In this document: in pieces, positions 6,703 to 15,450 of the stretch
Position numbering within the stretch: position 1 is the first letter of the stretch
How the letters are laid out: each line of letters opens with the position of its first letter
DNA from: Abditibacteriaceae bacterium
GTDB lineage: Bacteria > Armatimonadota > Abditibacteriia > Abditibacteriales > Abditibacteriaceae
Length of the DNA: 27,953 nt
Assembly: GCA_031372065.1 (NCBI GenBank)
Contig: JANMKN010000306.1
Span: 1 to 27,953 of the forward strand
Direction: 5' to 3'
The notes under the pieces: generated by a model
The model's database searches: none
What the model saw: the letters and a program-made list of their open reading frames with translations, nothing else
What the model was told of the DNA's origin: nothing
Program-made: the position numbers and the translations under genes

Positions 6703-7809
6703 ATGGCCACCAGAACAAATTACATCGAATTCGCGAACTTCGTCTGCAAATTTGGCGAAAGAGATATGCTTGATGCCGCACAAGAAGTCGTTTTACCGGC
6801 GTTTCTTGATCGCCAGATGCAAAGAAAATACGATACAACCACCTACTTTTTTCACAGAGTGAGGCTGGTTACTTTCAAAGCGGGCGATTATCCTGTCGTT
6901 GCTATTGCCGGGCGCTTTGTTAAAGATACTGTCCTGACACGCTCGCAGTATTTTGATGAGCGTGCAGACGACTTGGTGCAGGAGGAAATAGAACTTCGGA
7001 ATGCACCTTCAGCAATTTTTGTTCTGTCCCTTAACGATCACAGACTTATTTATCTGCGCGAAACCAGTGATGCGCCCTTGCTACAGACCTTTGCAACTAC
7101 ATCTCGCATTTTCATCAGAAACAAGCACGAGGATCATATTGATGAAACTTACCGGCGCCAACTTGACGAATTCAAGCGCGCAAGGGATGCAGGCTCAAGC
7201 ATACCACTAAAAAGACCAACCAAAGTTGCCCTTACTGAGAATTTACCAAGACCTGACGTGGTTGCTATTTCGCTGTCCGGAGGAGACGCGACATCTGAAT
7301 ATTTGGATACATTCGATGTAATTAGTTCAGTTAGCGTCAAGTTTATTACGCCAAATGCGGACGAGATTGACGGGGAGGGATTTATCAGCATGGTTTTTGG
7401 AGAAAAGAGTTTGCTGGGTGCCAAAGATACAAATATTTATTTTGGCAGTGATAATGGTTTGACGCCTGAACCGGCAAAAAAATACATTACTGAGGCGTTA
7501 GAAACCGAAAATGCAGAAGTAAAGTTTAAAGGCACAAACAAAGACGGGCACCAGCTTGAAGGCGATAATGAAAAGGTGCGTTTGCGTGTGCCGTATTACG
7601 AACAGACACGTGGAGATCTGAATATCCGAGGTATTGCTATGAAACTTTACCAAAAGTATAAAGATGCAAGGGACAGAAAAGCATTGAATGAAGAAGCAAT
7701 CCCAGCAGTGCCAGAAACCACTCTTGAGAAATTGCGGCCAATCACACAAAACATGAGTCAGCTCAACCAGCAAAGTCGAGATTCAGGAAAGCAGCCAACG
7801 CAGAGTTAA
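6703..7809 (+). CDS. Uncharacterised soluble protein, tentatively DUF4747-like
   Basis: 368 aa, AAAGGA RBS; motifs AIFVLSLNDHRLIY, SVKFITPNAD and NAEVKFKGTNKDG resemble DUF4747 as I recall it (not verified). Confidence 0.7.
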   Translation: MATRTNYIEFANFVCKFGERDMLDAAQEVVLPAFLDRQMQRKYDTTTYFFHRVRLVTFKAGDYPVVAIAGRFVKDTVLTRSQYFDERADDLVQEEIELRNAPSAIFVLSLNDHRLIYLRETSDAPLLQTFATTSRIFIRNKHEDHIDETYRRQLDEFKRARDAGSSIPLKRPTKVALTENLPRPDVVAISLSGGDATSEYLDTFDVISSVSVKFITPNADEIDGEGFISMVFGEKSLLGAKDTNIYFGSDNGLTPEPAKKYITEALETENAEVKFKGTNKDGHQLEGDNEKVRLRVPYYEQTRGDLNIRGIAMKLYQKYKDARDRKALNEEAIPAVPETTLEKLRPITQNMSQLNQQSRDSGKQPTQS

Positions 7810-7915
7810 CTGTCGTAAGCGCCTTGACTACAATCTCTTAAACTTGCAGCCTCAGCACTTCTAAAGCGTCCATGTTAACGCACTGCATAAACATGGGCTA
7901 AGAAGGAGAGATTTA

Positions 7916-8710
7916 ATGAAAAACCAAATTCGGGCCAGAACTTTTGGCAAAATCAGTAGGCATCAACGTTCATCCGTTGGGCCTGCTTCACCCCAAATTC
8001 CCATGACTCCAGCCCAAAAACAAGATACTTTAATCAAGGAATTATTAAAGGAGAAGACGTTATTTCAAGTGTGGCGTGCCAGCCGCTGCATACCGCCGAG
8101 CACAGCCACAATTTGCTGGACGGCAGGCGCTGCTACCTTATTACTTCTTTCCGCAAAATTGCTGGGCTTAGCTCCCACGCAAATGGCTACGCAGACGCGC
8201 AGCTTGGCGGAATTAGGTCTGTCATTTTCGACAACGGTTCTTGGTTTCCTCATCGCTGGATTTACCATTTTCGCATCACTCGGCAAAGCCGAGATGTTTC
8301 GTCGTATGGCGGAAACGCCGCACGAAAATTACGATATCACAGGTTTTAGTTTCCTTAAGGATTCGTTCCTGCGACTGTTAAGAGTTTTTTTTGAGTATTG
8401 GATGTTTACGCTTCTCTGTTTGGGAGTAAAGCTTTTTGCCTATTCGGACGGGCCTCTATCGCGAAGTATTGCAATGCTTCCATCCAGCGCCGGAAATGCA
8501 AAAGCATTTATCTGCATTGCAGGATATACGATTATGGGGGCCAGTTTCGTATATGTTCTGATGATCTTACAGTCCTTTATCTTCAACATTCATCACGTCG
8601 TGATGATTGGAGTGACCTGGGACATAAAAGTCCAACAGCAAGAAGAGGAACGCAAAAAGCTCCAGCAACCAAGCTCTAACGCACAACATGACAGCAAAAC
8701 CCAAGCCTGA
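7916..8710 (+). CDS. Uncharacterised multi-pass (~4 TM) membrane protein
   Basis: AGAAGGAG RBS; hydrophobic segments incl. LGLSFSTTVLGFLIAGFTIFASL, FFEYWMFTLLCLGVKLF, AFICIAGYTIMGASFVYVLMILQSFIF. Confidence 0.8.
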   Translation: MKNQIRARTFGKISRHQRSSVGPASPQIPMTPAQKQDTLIKELLKEKTLFQVWRASRCIPPSTATICWTAGAATLLLLSAKLLGLAPTQMATQTRSLAELGLSFSTTVLGFLIAGFTIFASLGKAEMFRRMAETPHENYDITGFSFLKDSFLRLLRVFFEYWMFTLLCLGVKLFAYSDGPLSRSIAMLPSSAGNAKAFICIAGYTIMGASFVYVLMILQSFIFNIHHVVMIGVTWDIKVQQQEEERKKLQQPSSNAQHDSKTQA

Positions 8711-9656
8711 GGCGTTGCCCGTCCCGGTGCGCATCGAACTGAGCGAAATTGAACCTTCGCCGTTTCAGCCGCGCACGACATTGCCCCATATTGACGAATT
8801 CGCCGCGCAAATCATCGCCGATGGCGGCGTTCGCCAGCCGCCGTGGGTGCGTCCCATTGAATGCGATAAAACCCTTTCCAAGACACATCTCGCCGCCAAG
8901 AAAACCAAAGGCATCAAATATCAACTCATCTTCGGTCATCGCCGCGCTGCCGCTGCTGAAACAGCCGGTTATACATGGATTCCCGCCGTTGTGCGCCCCT
9001 TGGACGACCTCGAAGCGCGCCGGGCCGCACTAACCGAAAACACCGATGGCGAGCCGCTCAGTGATTACGATGAGGCGCAGGCCGTTTTGCAATTGTGGAG
9101 TGCTTACGAGGAAGCCGAAGGCCAGCAGATCAGCCAAAACGAAATGTGCAGGCGCCTCAACCGTAGCGCGCAATACATGATCAACAAAAAGAAGCTCGAT
9201 TCAATCAGCGACGATTTGAAACCCATTGCGCAGGCCCACAGCGGTGTGATGACACAGCTTTTTGAGATTGACGCCACGGGCGGGCCGTTGCGCGAAACGC
9301 TGATTGGCTTATTTGACACCAAAGGGAAAAAGCGCGCCAGCGTGAACGAAGTGCGCGCCAAAATCAGCGAATACCAAATGAACCAGCAGCAGGCGCGTCA
9401 AAACTATATGCCGCCCGACGCCGAAACGCAATCGCGCCAAAGCAAAGCCGCTCAAAGTGGCAGCGCGCCGATGTCGCGCGGGCAGCAAATCACAACCCAC
9501 TCGAAGCGTGAGGCCACGCAGGAAGCGTCTCAGGCCGTTCGCCATGCCGCCCACCACGTTAATACCGCTGCTCAATGGATTGAGGCCGGTGGCACCCTTC
9601 CGCGCAATGAACTGTTGATTCTGCGCCATCATATCAACCAATTGTTGGGGGAATAG
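8688..9656 (+). CDS. ParB/Srx N-terminal (CTPase-fold) domain protein with HTH
   Basis: IEPSPFQPR, GVRQPPWVRP, YQLIFGHRRAAA (GxRR patch), ALTEN...LSDYDEA, HTH-like ISQNEMCRRLNRSAQY. Confidence 0.85.
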   Translation: MTAKPKPEALPVPVRIELSEIEPSPFQPRTTLPHIDEFAAQIIADGGVRQPPWVRPIECDKTLSKTHLAAKKTKGIKYQLIFGHRRAAAAETAGYTWIPAVVRPLDDLEARRAALTENTDGEPLSDYDEAQAVLQLWSAYEEAEGQQISQNEMCRRLNRSAQYMINKKKLDSISDDLKPIAQAHSGVMTQLFEIDATGGPLRETLIGLFDTKGKKRASVNEVRAKISEYQMNQQQARQNYMPPDAETQSRQSKAAQSGSAPMSRGQQITTHSKREATQEASQAVRHAAHHVNTAAQWIEAGGTLPRNELLILRHHINQLLGE

Positions 9657-9659
9657 TAT

Positions 9660-11435
9660 TTGTCGACAAATAACTCACCCCTCAAAGCTGTCATTTATAC
9701 GCGAGTTAGCACTGAGACGCAAGAAGATAATTCGTCTTTGGCCGCTCAGTTTGTTGCCTGCCAGAAAAAAGCGGCTGATATGGGCGCAGAGGTCGTTGCT
9801 CACCTCGAAGAGGTGGAATCGGGCGGTCTTTACCTTGCCCGCCCCAAAATCCAAAAAGCGCTCAAACTCATTGAAGCGGGCGCGGCGAATATTCTTATCG
9901 TGATGCGCCTTGATCGCACCGGGCGCGACGTGGATGATCTGCGCGATATTCGGCGCCGCGTGGCTAAAGCGGGCGGGCAGATGGTATTTGCCGATGGCCT
10001 CAATTTTCAAAGCGGTGCCGTTGGCGATTTGATGTTTACGCAACTGGGCGCTTTTGCTGAGTTTGAACGCGCCTTGATTCGCGAGAGAACGGTGAATGGA
10101 CTACGCGCCAAGGCTGCCGAAGGCAAACAGGTCGCCCGTGCCCGCTTCAGTTATGGCTACAAAATTTGGTGTAAATCCGATGCAATACGAGGCGATTGCA
10201 AATGGGAGGAATTAGGCAAGCAAGAAATTATCGAAGGGGAGGCTCTTGTCGTCCGCGAAATGTTTGAACGTTGCGCCGCTGGCGATAGCTTGAACTCGAT
10301 TGTGCAATATTTGCTGACAAATAAAATCCCAACCAAGCGCGGCGGTGTATGGACATCGAAGACCGTATCGCGCATCCTGCAAAATGCATCTTATAAAGGC
10401 GTTGGCACGTATGGCAAAAAAAAGCGCGTCGTGGACGAAACACGCGATGCTTTAGGAAAGCGAATTGATTACCACGTCGCCGCCGATCCAGACACGGTTA
10501 TTAAGTTCAAAGTGCCCGAGATCGTCAGCGAAGATTTATGGAATCGTGTTCAAGTCCGACTGGGGGCGGCGCGCAAAATCAGTAGCGGCAATCCTCGCCA
10601 CCGCAGGGCACTGACCGGCCTTTTGCGTTGCCCGCATTGCAATTCGATTTTGCGTAGCATTGTTGCTGCTGGTTATCGTTATTATCGCTGCTATCATGCG
10701 CCGACCTATGCCACCGATTCACGTGCCAGTGCCGCCAGCAGGCGAGGCGAATTCGTTTGTTCATCGCAAATGTATAATGAGTCCCCTTTGCTCGAACACG
10801 TGCAGCAAGCCATCAGTATTTTGCTGCAAAATCCCTCGCTGATTGCCGAGACAAGAGAACAGTTTCGCGCCAATCAGAAAGCGCTGTTTGAGGCATCCGG
10901 GCCAAGCAATCAAAAACGCGCCGCGCAAATCCAAAAGCAGTTAGAAAAAATCGAGAAAAAAGAAGCGGCTGCAGCCGAAAGTCGCATCGAAGCTAAAATC
11001 GACAATATGGATACAGCGCCTTTCGACGCCGCTTTGCGGCGCATTGCCAGTGAGCGCCGCGCCTTAGAAGATGAGGCAGCACAAATCGGCGAGGTTGAGC
11101 AAGAAGCACCGGTTTTTACTGCTCCTCAAAAATTACCGCTCAGTGCCTTAAAAAAGGCTCTTGATTCACATAGTGTTTCCGGTGCCGACAAACATAAAAT
11201 ACTTTCAACGTTTATCGAAGCGATTTACCCATACGCCCGAAAACGCGCTGGGAAAAGCCACGATGTCAACATAGATATTGTTTTGCGCACCGATACGGCT
11301 ACTAAAAACCTCGCCTATGTTCTGAATTGGCCGCAAGGAACATTAGTTATCAAATCGCGTTCGCAACTGCCATCGGCCCACGCCAAAAGTGATGAACGCC
11401 ACGAAAAAGAGCGCTGGAAAAACCCGCTAAAGTAG
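9660..11435 (+). CDS. Large serine recombinase (phage integrase)
   Basis: YTRVSTETQ catalytic Ser, RLDRTGR, AEFERALIRER; recombinase domain (RILQNASYKG, IVSEDLW); zinc ribbon LRCPHC...YYRC...C; coiled coil. Confidence 0.95.
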   Translation: MSTNNSPLKAVIYTRVSTETQEDNSSLAAQFVACQKKAADMGAEVVAHLEEVESGGLYLARPKIQKALKLIEAGAANILIVMRLDRTGRDVDDLRDIRRRVAKAGGQMVFADGLNFQSGAVGDLMFTQLGAFAEFERALIRERTVNGLRAKAAEGKQVARARFSYGYKIWCKSDAIRGDCKWEELGKQEIIEGEALVVREMFERCAAGDSLNSIVQYLLTNKIPTKRGGVWTSKTVSRILQNASYKGVGTYGKKKRVVDETRDALGKRIDYHVAADPDTVIKFKVPEIVSEDLWNRVQVRLGAARKISSGNPRHRRALTGLLRCPHCNSILRSIVAAGYRYYRCYHAPTYATDSRASAASRRGEFVCSSQMYNESPLLEHVQQAISILLQNPSLIAETREQFRANQKALFEASGPSNQKRAAQIQKQLEKIEKKEAAAAESRIEAKIDNMDTAPFDAALRRIASERRALEDEAAQIGEVEQEAPVFTAPQKLPLSALKKALDSHSVSGADKHKILSTFIEAIYPYARKRAGKSHDVNIDIVLRTDTATKNLAYVLNWPQGTLVIKSRSQLPSAHAKSDERHEKERWKNPLK

Positions 11436-11439
11436 AGAG

Positions 11440-11497
11440 TTTTTGAGAGAACTGTGGCTTACACGTCGGTGTAACCGCCTTGATAGCCTTCAAAAAA
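11440..11497. other. Predicted attachment junction (attL/attR), crossover near 11466-11467
   Basis: TTACAC-gtcg-GTGTAA inverted repeat (11459-11474) with outer TTTTTGA / TCAAAAA arms, ~25 bp after the integrase stop, exactly where the host ORF is cut. Confidence 0.7.
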
Positions 11498-11599
11498 GGT
11501 GTCGCGCACCCATTTTTCCCATTGGTAGCCGTGATTTTGCACTTCCACCGCGCGCAGCGGCATCGCAAACAGCAAAACAAAAAACAATACTCGATACAT
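11459..11599 (-). pseudogene. 5' fragment of a host secreted-protein gene truncated by prophage integration
   Basis: AAGGA RBS at the lemA stop; ATG at 11599 gives MYRVLFFVLLFAMPLRA-VEVQNHGYQWEKWVRDTFFEGYQGGYTDV* with a signal peptide; the stop falls inside the att-like palindrome. Confidence 0.7.
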
Positions 11600-11610
11600 G
11601 ATTAATTCCT

Positions 11611-12414
11611 TCAAAACTTCGGCGCTGCTTTGGCGCCGCTTTCGGCTTGAAAATAGGGCTTTTGCGTGGGGAAACCGAATAGTGGACGATAAATCATCAC
11701 CGGAAAGGCACCTGCCGCGCGATTGTAATTAAGCACGGCTTCGTTGTAGCGCTTGCGCTCTACTGAAATGCGATTTTCGGCCCCGGACATTTCATCACTC
11801 AGGCGAATAAACATTTGACTGCTGCCTTCTTTCAGCGAATTTAAAGCCTCCCGAACCGCGCCAGACAATTCATTTTCGGTTCGCAATTTCGCTTCAAAAC
11901 TCGGTGCTGTTTGCGCCTGCTTTTCGAGTTGTGACAGCGCGGCTAAGTCGTCTTTTTCGAGCGCGGCAGCAGACTTGGAAGCCGCGATTAAATTTGGAAT
12001 TAAATCGTGGCGGCGCTGCAAAACGTTTTCGAGTTGTGATTGCCGGGCCTGCACTTCGTTGGCTTTGTTGTTCAGCGATGAATACGAAATCAAACCAAAC
12101 AAACCGACCACGACAGCAAGCGGCACGGCGGCTTTTTTGAGCAGTTTTTGGCGCGCGATTTTTTGCTGTTCGGCCTCGATTTGCTGTGCCCGCACCGATT
12201 TTTCTTCGCCGCGTAATTCTTCGACCGCCTGCCGCACATATTTGGTTTGAAGGCCCGCGCGTCCGGCGCTGCGTTCCAACGCGGCTCGGTCAAGATTCTC
12301 ATCCGGCTCGGCAAACGCGTCTTCGCTTTGCAGTTGGGCCGCACGCTCGTAAACCTGCTCCAATTCTTCAGGCGAATAATTTTCGTCGGTAAATGTATCC
12401 GTTTTATTAGACAT
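11611..12414 (-). CDS. lemA: LemA family protein with N-terminal extension
   Basis: LQRRHDLIPNL, ENRISVERKRYNEAVLNYN, FP, F.AE.GA..APKF motifs; TM before the LemA domain; ATG at 12414. Confidence 0.9.
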   Translation of the reverse strand: MSNKTDTFTDENYSPEELEQVYERAAQLQSEDAFAEPDENLDRAALERSAGRAGLQTKYVRQAVEELRGEEKSVRAQQIEAEQQKIARQKLLKKAAVPLAVVVGLFGLISYSSLNNKANEVQARQSQLENVLQRRHDLIPNLIAASKSAAALEKDDLAALSQLEKQAQTAPSFEAKLRTENELSGAVREALNSLKEGSSQMFIRLSDEMSGAENRISVERKRYNEAVLNYNRAAGAFPVMIYRPLFGFPTQKPYFQAESGAKAAPKF

Positions 12415-12497
12415 TTTTTCACCAAAACTCAGACAAAGGCACGACAATTGCAAAGCAGAGCATCAACAAGCCGCACCAATTTGAAGGAGTGAGACAA

Positions 12498-12707
12498 ATG
12501 GATGAAATTTTGGAAGGCATCGAAAATATGCCGAGCAGTGTTTATTATGGCGGAGTCGTTGGTTCGATTCTGCTTTCGATTGCGCTGTTCATGTCGGGCA
12601 AGCGTGAGACGGGCATTTTTGTAGGATTGTGGGCACCCACAATTCTCAATTTGGGACTTTACAACAAAATGTTGCGTCCCAGCCGCGAAATGGACAAAGC
12701 CGATTGA
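12498..12707 (+). CDS. Small membrane protein (69 aa)
   Basis: GAAGGAG RBS; two hydrophobic helices (GIFVGLWAPTILNLGLYNK). Confidence 0.8.
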   Translation: MDEILEGIENMPSSVYYGGVVGSILLSIALFMSGKRETGIFVGLWAPTILNLGLYNKMLRPSREMDKAD

Positions 12708-12740
12708 AATTGAGTGCATATTTTGGCCTCAGTTCGATAC

Positions 12741-12782
12741 AAGGAGCGTCGCTGATTTTTAATCAGCGACGCTTCTTGTTTT
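12741..12782. terminator. Intrinsic terminator between convergent genes
   Basis: Perfect 13-bp stem agcgtcgctgatt / aatcagcgacgct followed by tcttgtttt. Confidence 0.8.
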
Positions 12783-14040
12783 ACCAGTTGCCGCCCGCGC
12801 CGCCGCCGCCCGAACTGCCGCCGCCAAAATCGCTGCTCGAACTGGAAAAATCAGAACTGGAACTGCTTGAATTGCCGAACGACGAATTGTTAGAACTCGA
12901 ACTGCCAAACGAGGTTGAACCGGACGATACCGTTGTATGGACAAGCATCGGCAAAGTTTCTGCGCTGTGTTCGTAGTGGCCGCAGTTGGGATATTCGCAG
13001 CGCCGTTTGGTTTCTCGCAAGCCTGTGCTGTGATACGTCGGCTGCTGCACGGTTTCCGAGGTCACTTTCATGCTGTAGTGATGGCAACGCGTGCATTCTT
13101 TGTAGTTGCTCATCCAGCGCGCACTGCGTTCGATGTGGCAAACGCCACAGCCGTCGCACTTCCAAACTTTGTAATCCAAGCCGCCAAGACGCTCTTCAAA
13201 TTGTTGGTCTGAGGACAAAAACACGTCTTCTTCTTTTTCATCGAGGCGACGCATAACACGTCCGCACATTTGGCATTTGCGCGTTGCCAGTTGCTTAAAA
13301 ATCGCCACTACGCCCCAAATTAAAACGCCAATGCCAATCGGAAAGAGCGCCAAAATAAACAGGCCAATAATCACATCATAGGGGCCAGACGAAGTTTGTG
13401 TGGCGGGCTGATAGTGAGGCTGATTATAAGGCTGATTGCTGCGCTGTGGCACAGAGGACGGCGAATGCGCAGGTTTTTGCGACGACTTGGCAGGATGCGC
13501 TGGCTTCGGATTCGAGTTTGGAAACGCGGTTTTGGGTTTAGGCGTGCTGGGGGCGGGGCTTAATTCTTGAATGATGGCGTTGGTAGTGGCTAAAACGCCG
13601 CCGCCAAAATCGCCGCTCTTGAAGGCGGGAATCGCATATTGATCGCGGATTTCGCCTACTTTGCCATCGGGCAAATCGCCCTCAGTGCCATAGCCGGTTT
13701 CAATTTCCAAACGCCGCCTGCCCATGACCAGCAAAACCAAAACGCCGTTGTCTTTGCCTTTTTGCCCGACGCCCCAATAATTAAAAAGCGCTGTGGCAAA
13801 CTCTTTGGGCGTCTCGCCATTGGTATTTTCAACCGTCACCACCGCGATTTCGCCGCCAGTTTGGTGATTGAACGCTTCGATAGCGCGGTTAGTTTGCAAT
13901 TCGCTTTGCCCATCAATGACGTTGGCGTTATCGCTGACCCAACTGCGCTTGGTGCGCAATGGATTAGGCACCGATTGCACTGTTTCGGCGCGCAATGGCA
14001 ACATCAAACACAAGAGAAAGACGGAGAGAAGTCTTTTCAT
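12781..14040 (-). CDS. TPM (TLP18.3/Psb32/MOLO-1; YgcG-like) domain membrane protein with Zn-ribbon and Gly/Ser-rich tail
   Basis: Signal peptide; WVSDNANVI, GGEIAVVTV, LFNYWGVGQKGKDNGVL, IETGYG.EG.LPD; CxxC pairs; FGGGSSGGGGAGGNW end; near lemA. Confidence 0.9.
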   Translation of the reverse strand: MKRLLSVFLLCLMLPLRAETVQSVPNPLRTKRSWVSDNANVIDGQSELQTNRAIEAFNHQTGGEIAVVTVENTNGETPKEFATALFNYWGVGQKGKDNGVLVLLVMGRRRLEIETGYGTEGDLPDGKVGEIRDQYAIPAFKSGDFGGGVLATTNAIIQELSPAPSTPKPKTAFPNSNPKPAHPAKSSQKPAHSPSSVPQRSNQPYNQPHYQPATQTSSGPYDVIIGLFILALFPIGIGVLIWGVVAIFKQLATRKCQMCGRVMRRLDEKEEDVFLSSDQQFEERLGGLDYKVWKCDGCGVCHIERSARWMSNYKECTRCHHYSMKVTSETVQQPTYHSTGLRETKRRCEYPNCGHYEHSAETLPMLVHTTVSSGSTSFGSSSSNNSSFGNSSSSSSDFSSSSSDFGGGSSGGGGAGGNW

Positions 14041-14146
14041 TGGGGTATTTTACTCATCTTACACAGTGTTGTGGCCATAAAGCCAAGAGCGACTACTTCG
14101 CTCTTTACAGCGCCTAACATAAGCCCAGCACACGAGGGGGAGTGTT

Positions 14147-15448
14147 TCATTCTTGCAAACTTTTTTCGATAGCCTCCAGTTCGTCCTTTTCCAGCGAACG
14201 AAGGCGAATATCGCGCAATTCACCGCCGGTTTTCCATGTCGCAAAGCCCAATGGCAAGGATGGTTCGACACTCCAACGAATCGTGAATTCCTTGTCCATC
14301 GTGGGCAGGTTAATCACTTTTTCTTCGTCTATCCACGCTTCGATTTTCATCTTGGAAACGCGCAAACGCAAGCGATACCAACGTTCATCTGCAAATTCCA
14401 TCGTCTTGGTCGTTTCGTTTTCGACAGCGGCGAAGCCGTTGATATTGGACAGGCCGACCACAGTGCCGCCCCAACCGCCGACAATCCATGAAATTGGCTT
14501 GTCGCCGTAAGGGAAGGTTAGGCCGGTAAAGAAATCGGTGCCTTCAACGCGACGCGCATCGAAAGAAATCTCATAATTCTGACGCGGCAATTTTTCCTTG
14601 TCGTAATCGGGCCAGTTGAGGCCGGTCATGTCGTCGCCGACGCCTAAACGCAACACGCCGTTTTCGATTGTCACTTTGCCTTGCCCAATATATTTCGAGG
14701 CCGCGCCGCCATGTTTCGGGGCAGCGTCAAAAAGCCAATCCCAGCCGTTTTCCGGCACTGTCCACGCGCCGAGTTTCGTCGGTTCACCTTTTTCCGCGTC
14801 GGTTTTTAAAGCGGGCGCAAAGGGAATGGTGAACCATTTTTTTGAGGTTGGTTCATAAACATCCAACACGTAATTGGCGGGCACCAAATTCTTCAACGTG
14901 AAATTGCCTGCGGCATCGGTTATTGCGAACCAATAAGCATGTTGTGAACCAAAGGCGTTTTTGGCCCACGATTCCCATGTCAAACTGTTTAATTCTGGCT
15001 GTGTGGTGTTTGCTGTCTTGTTTTCCACCTCTGCCAATGCCTTGCGTGTCCCACTTTGCACCACTACGAGACAGTCCATCGCCGGCTTGCCGTCCGGCAG
15101 CATAAGCCTCCCTTGGATAGCCGCTGCGATTGGCACCTTCAAATCCCATTTAATGACATCCTTTGCCTCGGAGCTTACCGCTAAACCGTGCCAGACTTTA
15201 GCAGGCAATGTGGACACACCGGGCCACAAATACAGCGAATAGTAACCGGGTTCGAGCGACAGGGTGGTGGCTTTGCCGCTTTCCAGTTTTCCTGTTTTAA
15301 AAAGGTTCTCCGGCCCTGCTAACGCGAAATCGGGACTGACTTCCAACGGTTGCCCATCCGCTTTTTGCAGCGTGATGGAAACTTCATGCGGCGCGGCAAA
15401 ACAAGGCAGCAAAAGGCAAAAGGTGAGACAAAGCGTTGTGAATTTCAT
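14147..15448 (-). CDS. Secreted protein: carboxypeptidase-regulatory-like domain + DUF1080 (3-keto-disaccharide hydrolase-like) domain
   Basis: Signal peptide; GRLMLPDGKP, TDAAGNFTLKNL; C-terminal NYEISFDARRVEGTDFF, IVGGWGGTVVGLS, WYRLRLRV, LRDIRLR. Confidence 0.75.
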   Translation of the reverse strand: MKFTTLCLTFCLLLPCFAAPHEVSITLQKADGQPLEVSPDFALAGPENLFKTGKLESGKATTLSLEPGYYSLYLWPGVSTLPAKVWHGLAVSSEAKDVIKWDLKVPIAAAIQGRLMLPDGKPAMDCLVVVQSGTRKALAEVENKTANTTQPELNSLTWESWAKNAFGSQHAYWFAITDAAGNFTLKNLVPANYVLDVYEPTSKKWFTIPFAPALKTDAEKGEPTKLGAWTVPENGWDWLFDAAPKHGGAASKYIGQGKVTIENGVLRLGVGDDMTGLNWPDYDKEKLPRQNYEISFDARRVEGTDFFTGLTFPYGDKPISWIVGGWGGTVVGLSNINGFAAVENETTKTMEFADERWYRLRLRVSKMKIEAWIDEEKVINLPTMDKEFTIRWSVEPSLPLGFATWKTGGELRDIRLRSLEKDELEAIEKSLQE

Positions 15449-15450
15449 GG

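Larger units (their letters stand above)
1..11467. mobile_element. Prophage / phage-like integrative element, right-hand part (left end outside window)
   Basis: Divergent repressor/Cro-like switch, short overlapping phage-like early ORFs, large serine recombinase followed by an att-like inverted repeat and a truncated host gene. No structural genes in the window, so phage vs satellite/ICE cannot be settled. Confidence 0.85.

Noticed and set aside
11350..11580. 76-aa minus-strand ORF from the track
   Set aside because: No RBS and it overlaps the integrase end; the alternative frame 11459-11599 has an RBS and signal peptide and is the better gene.
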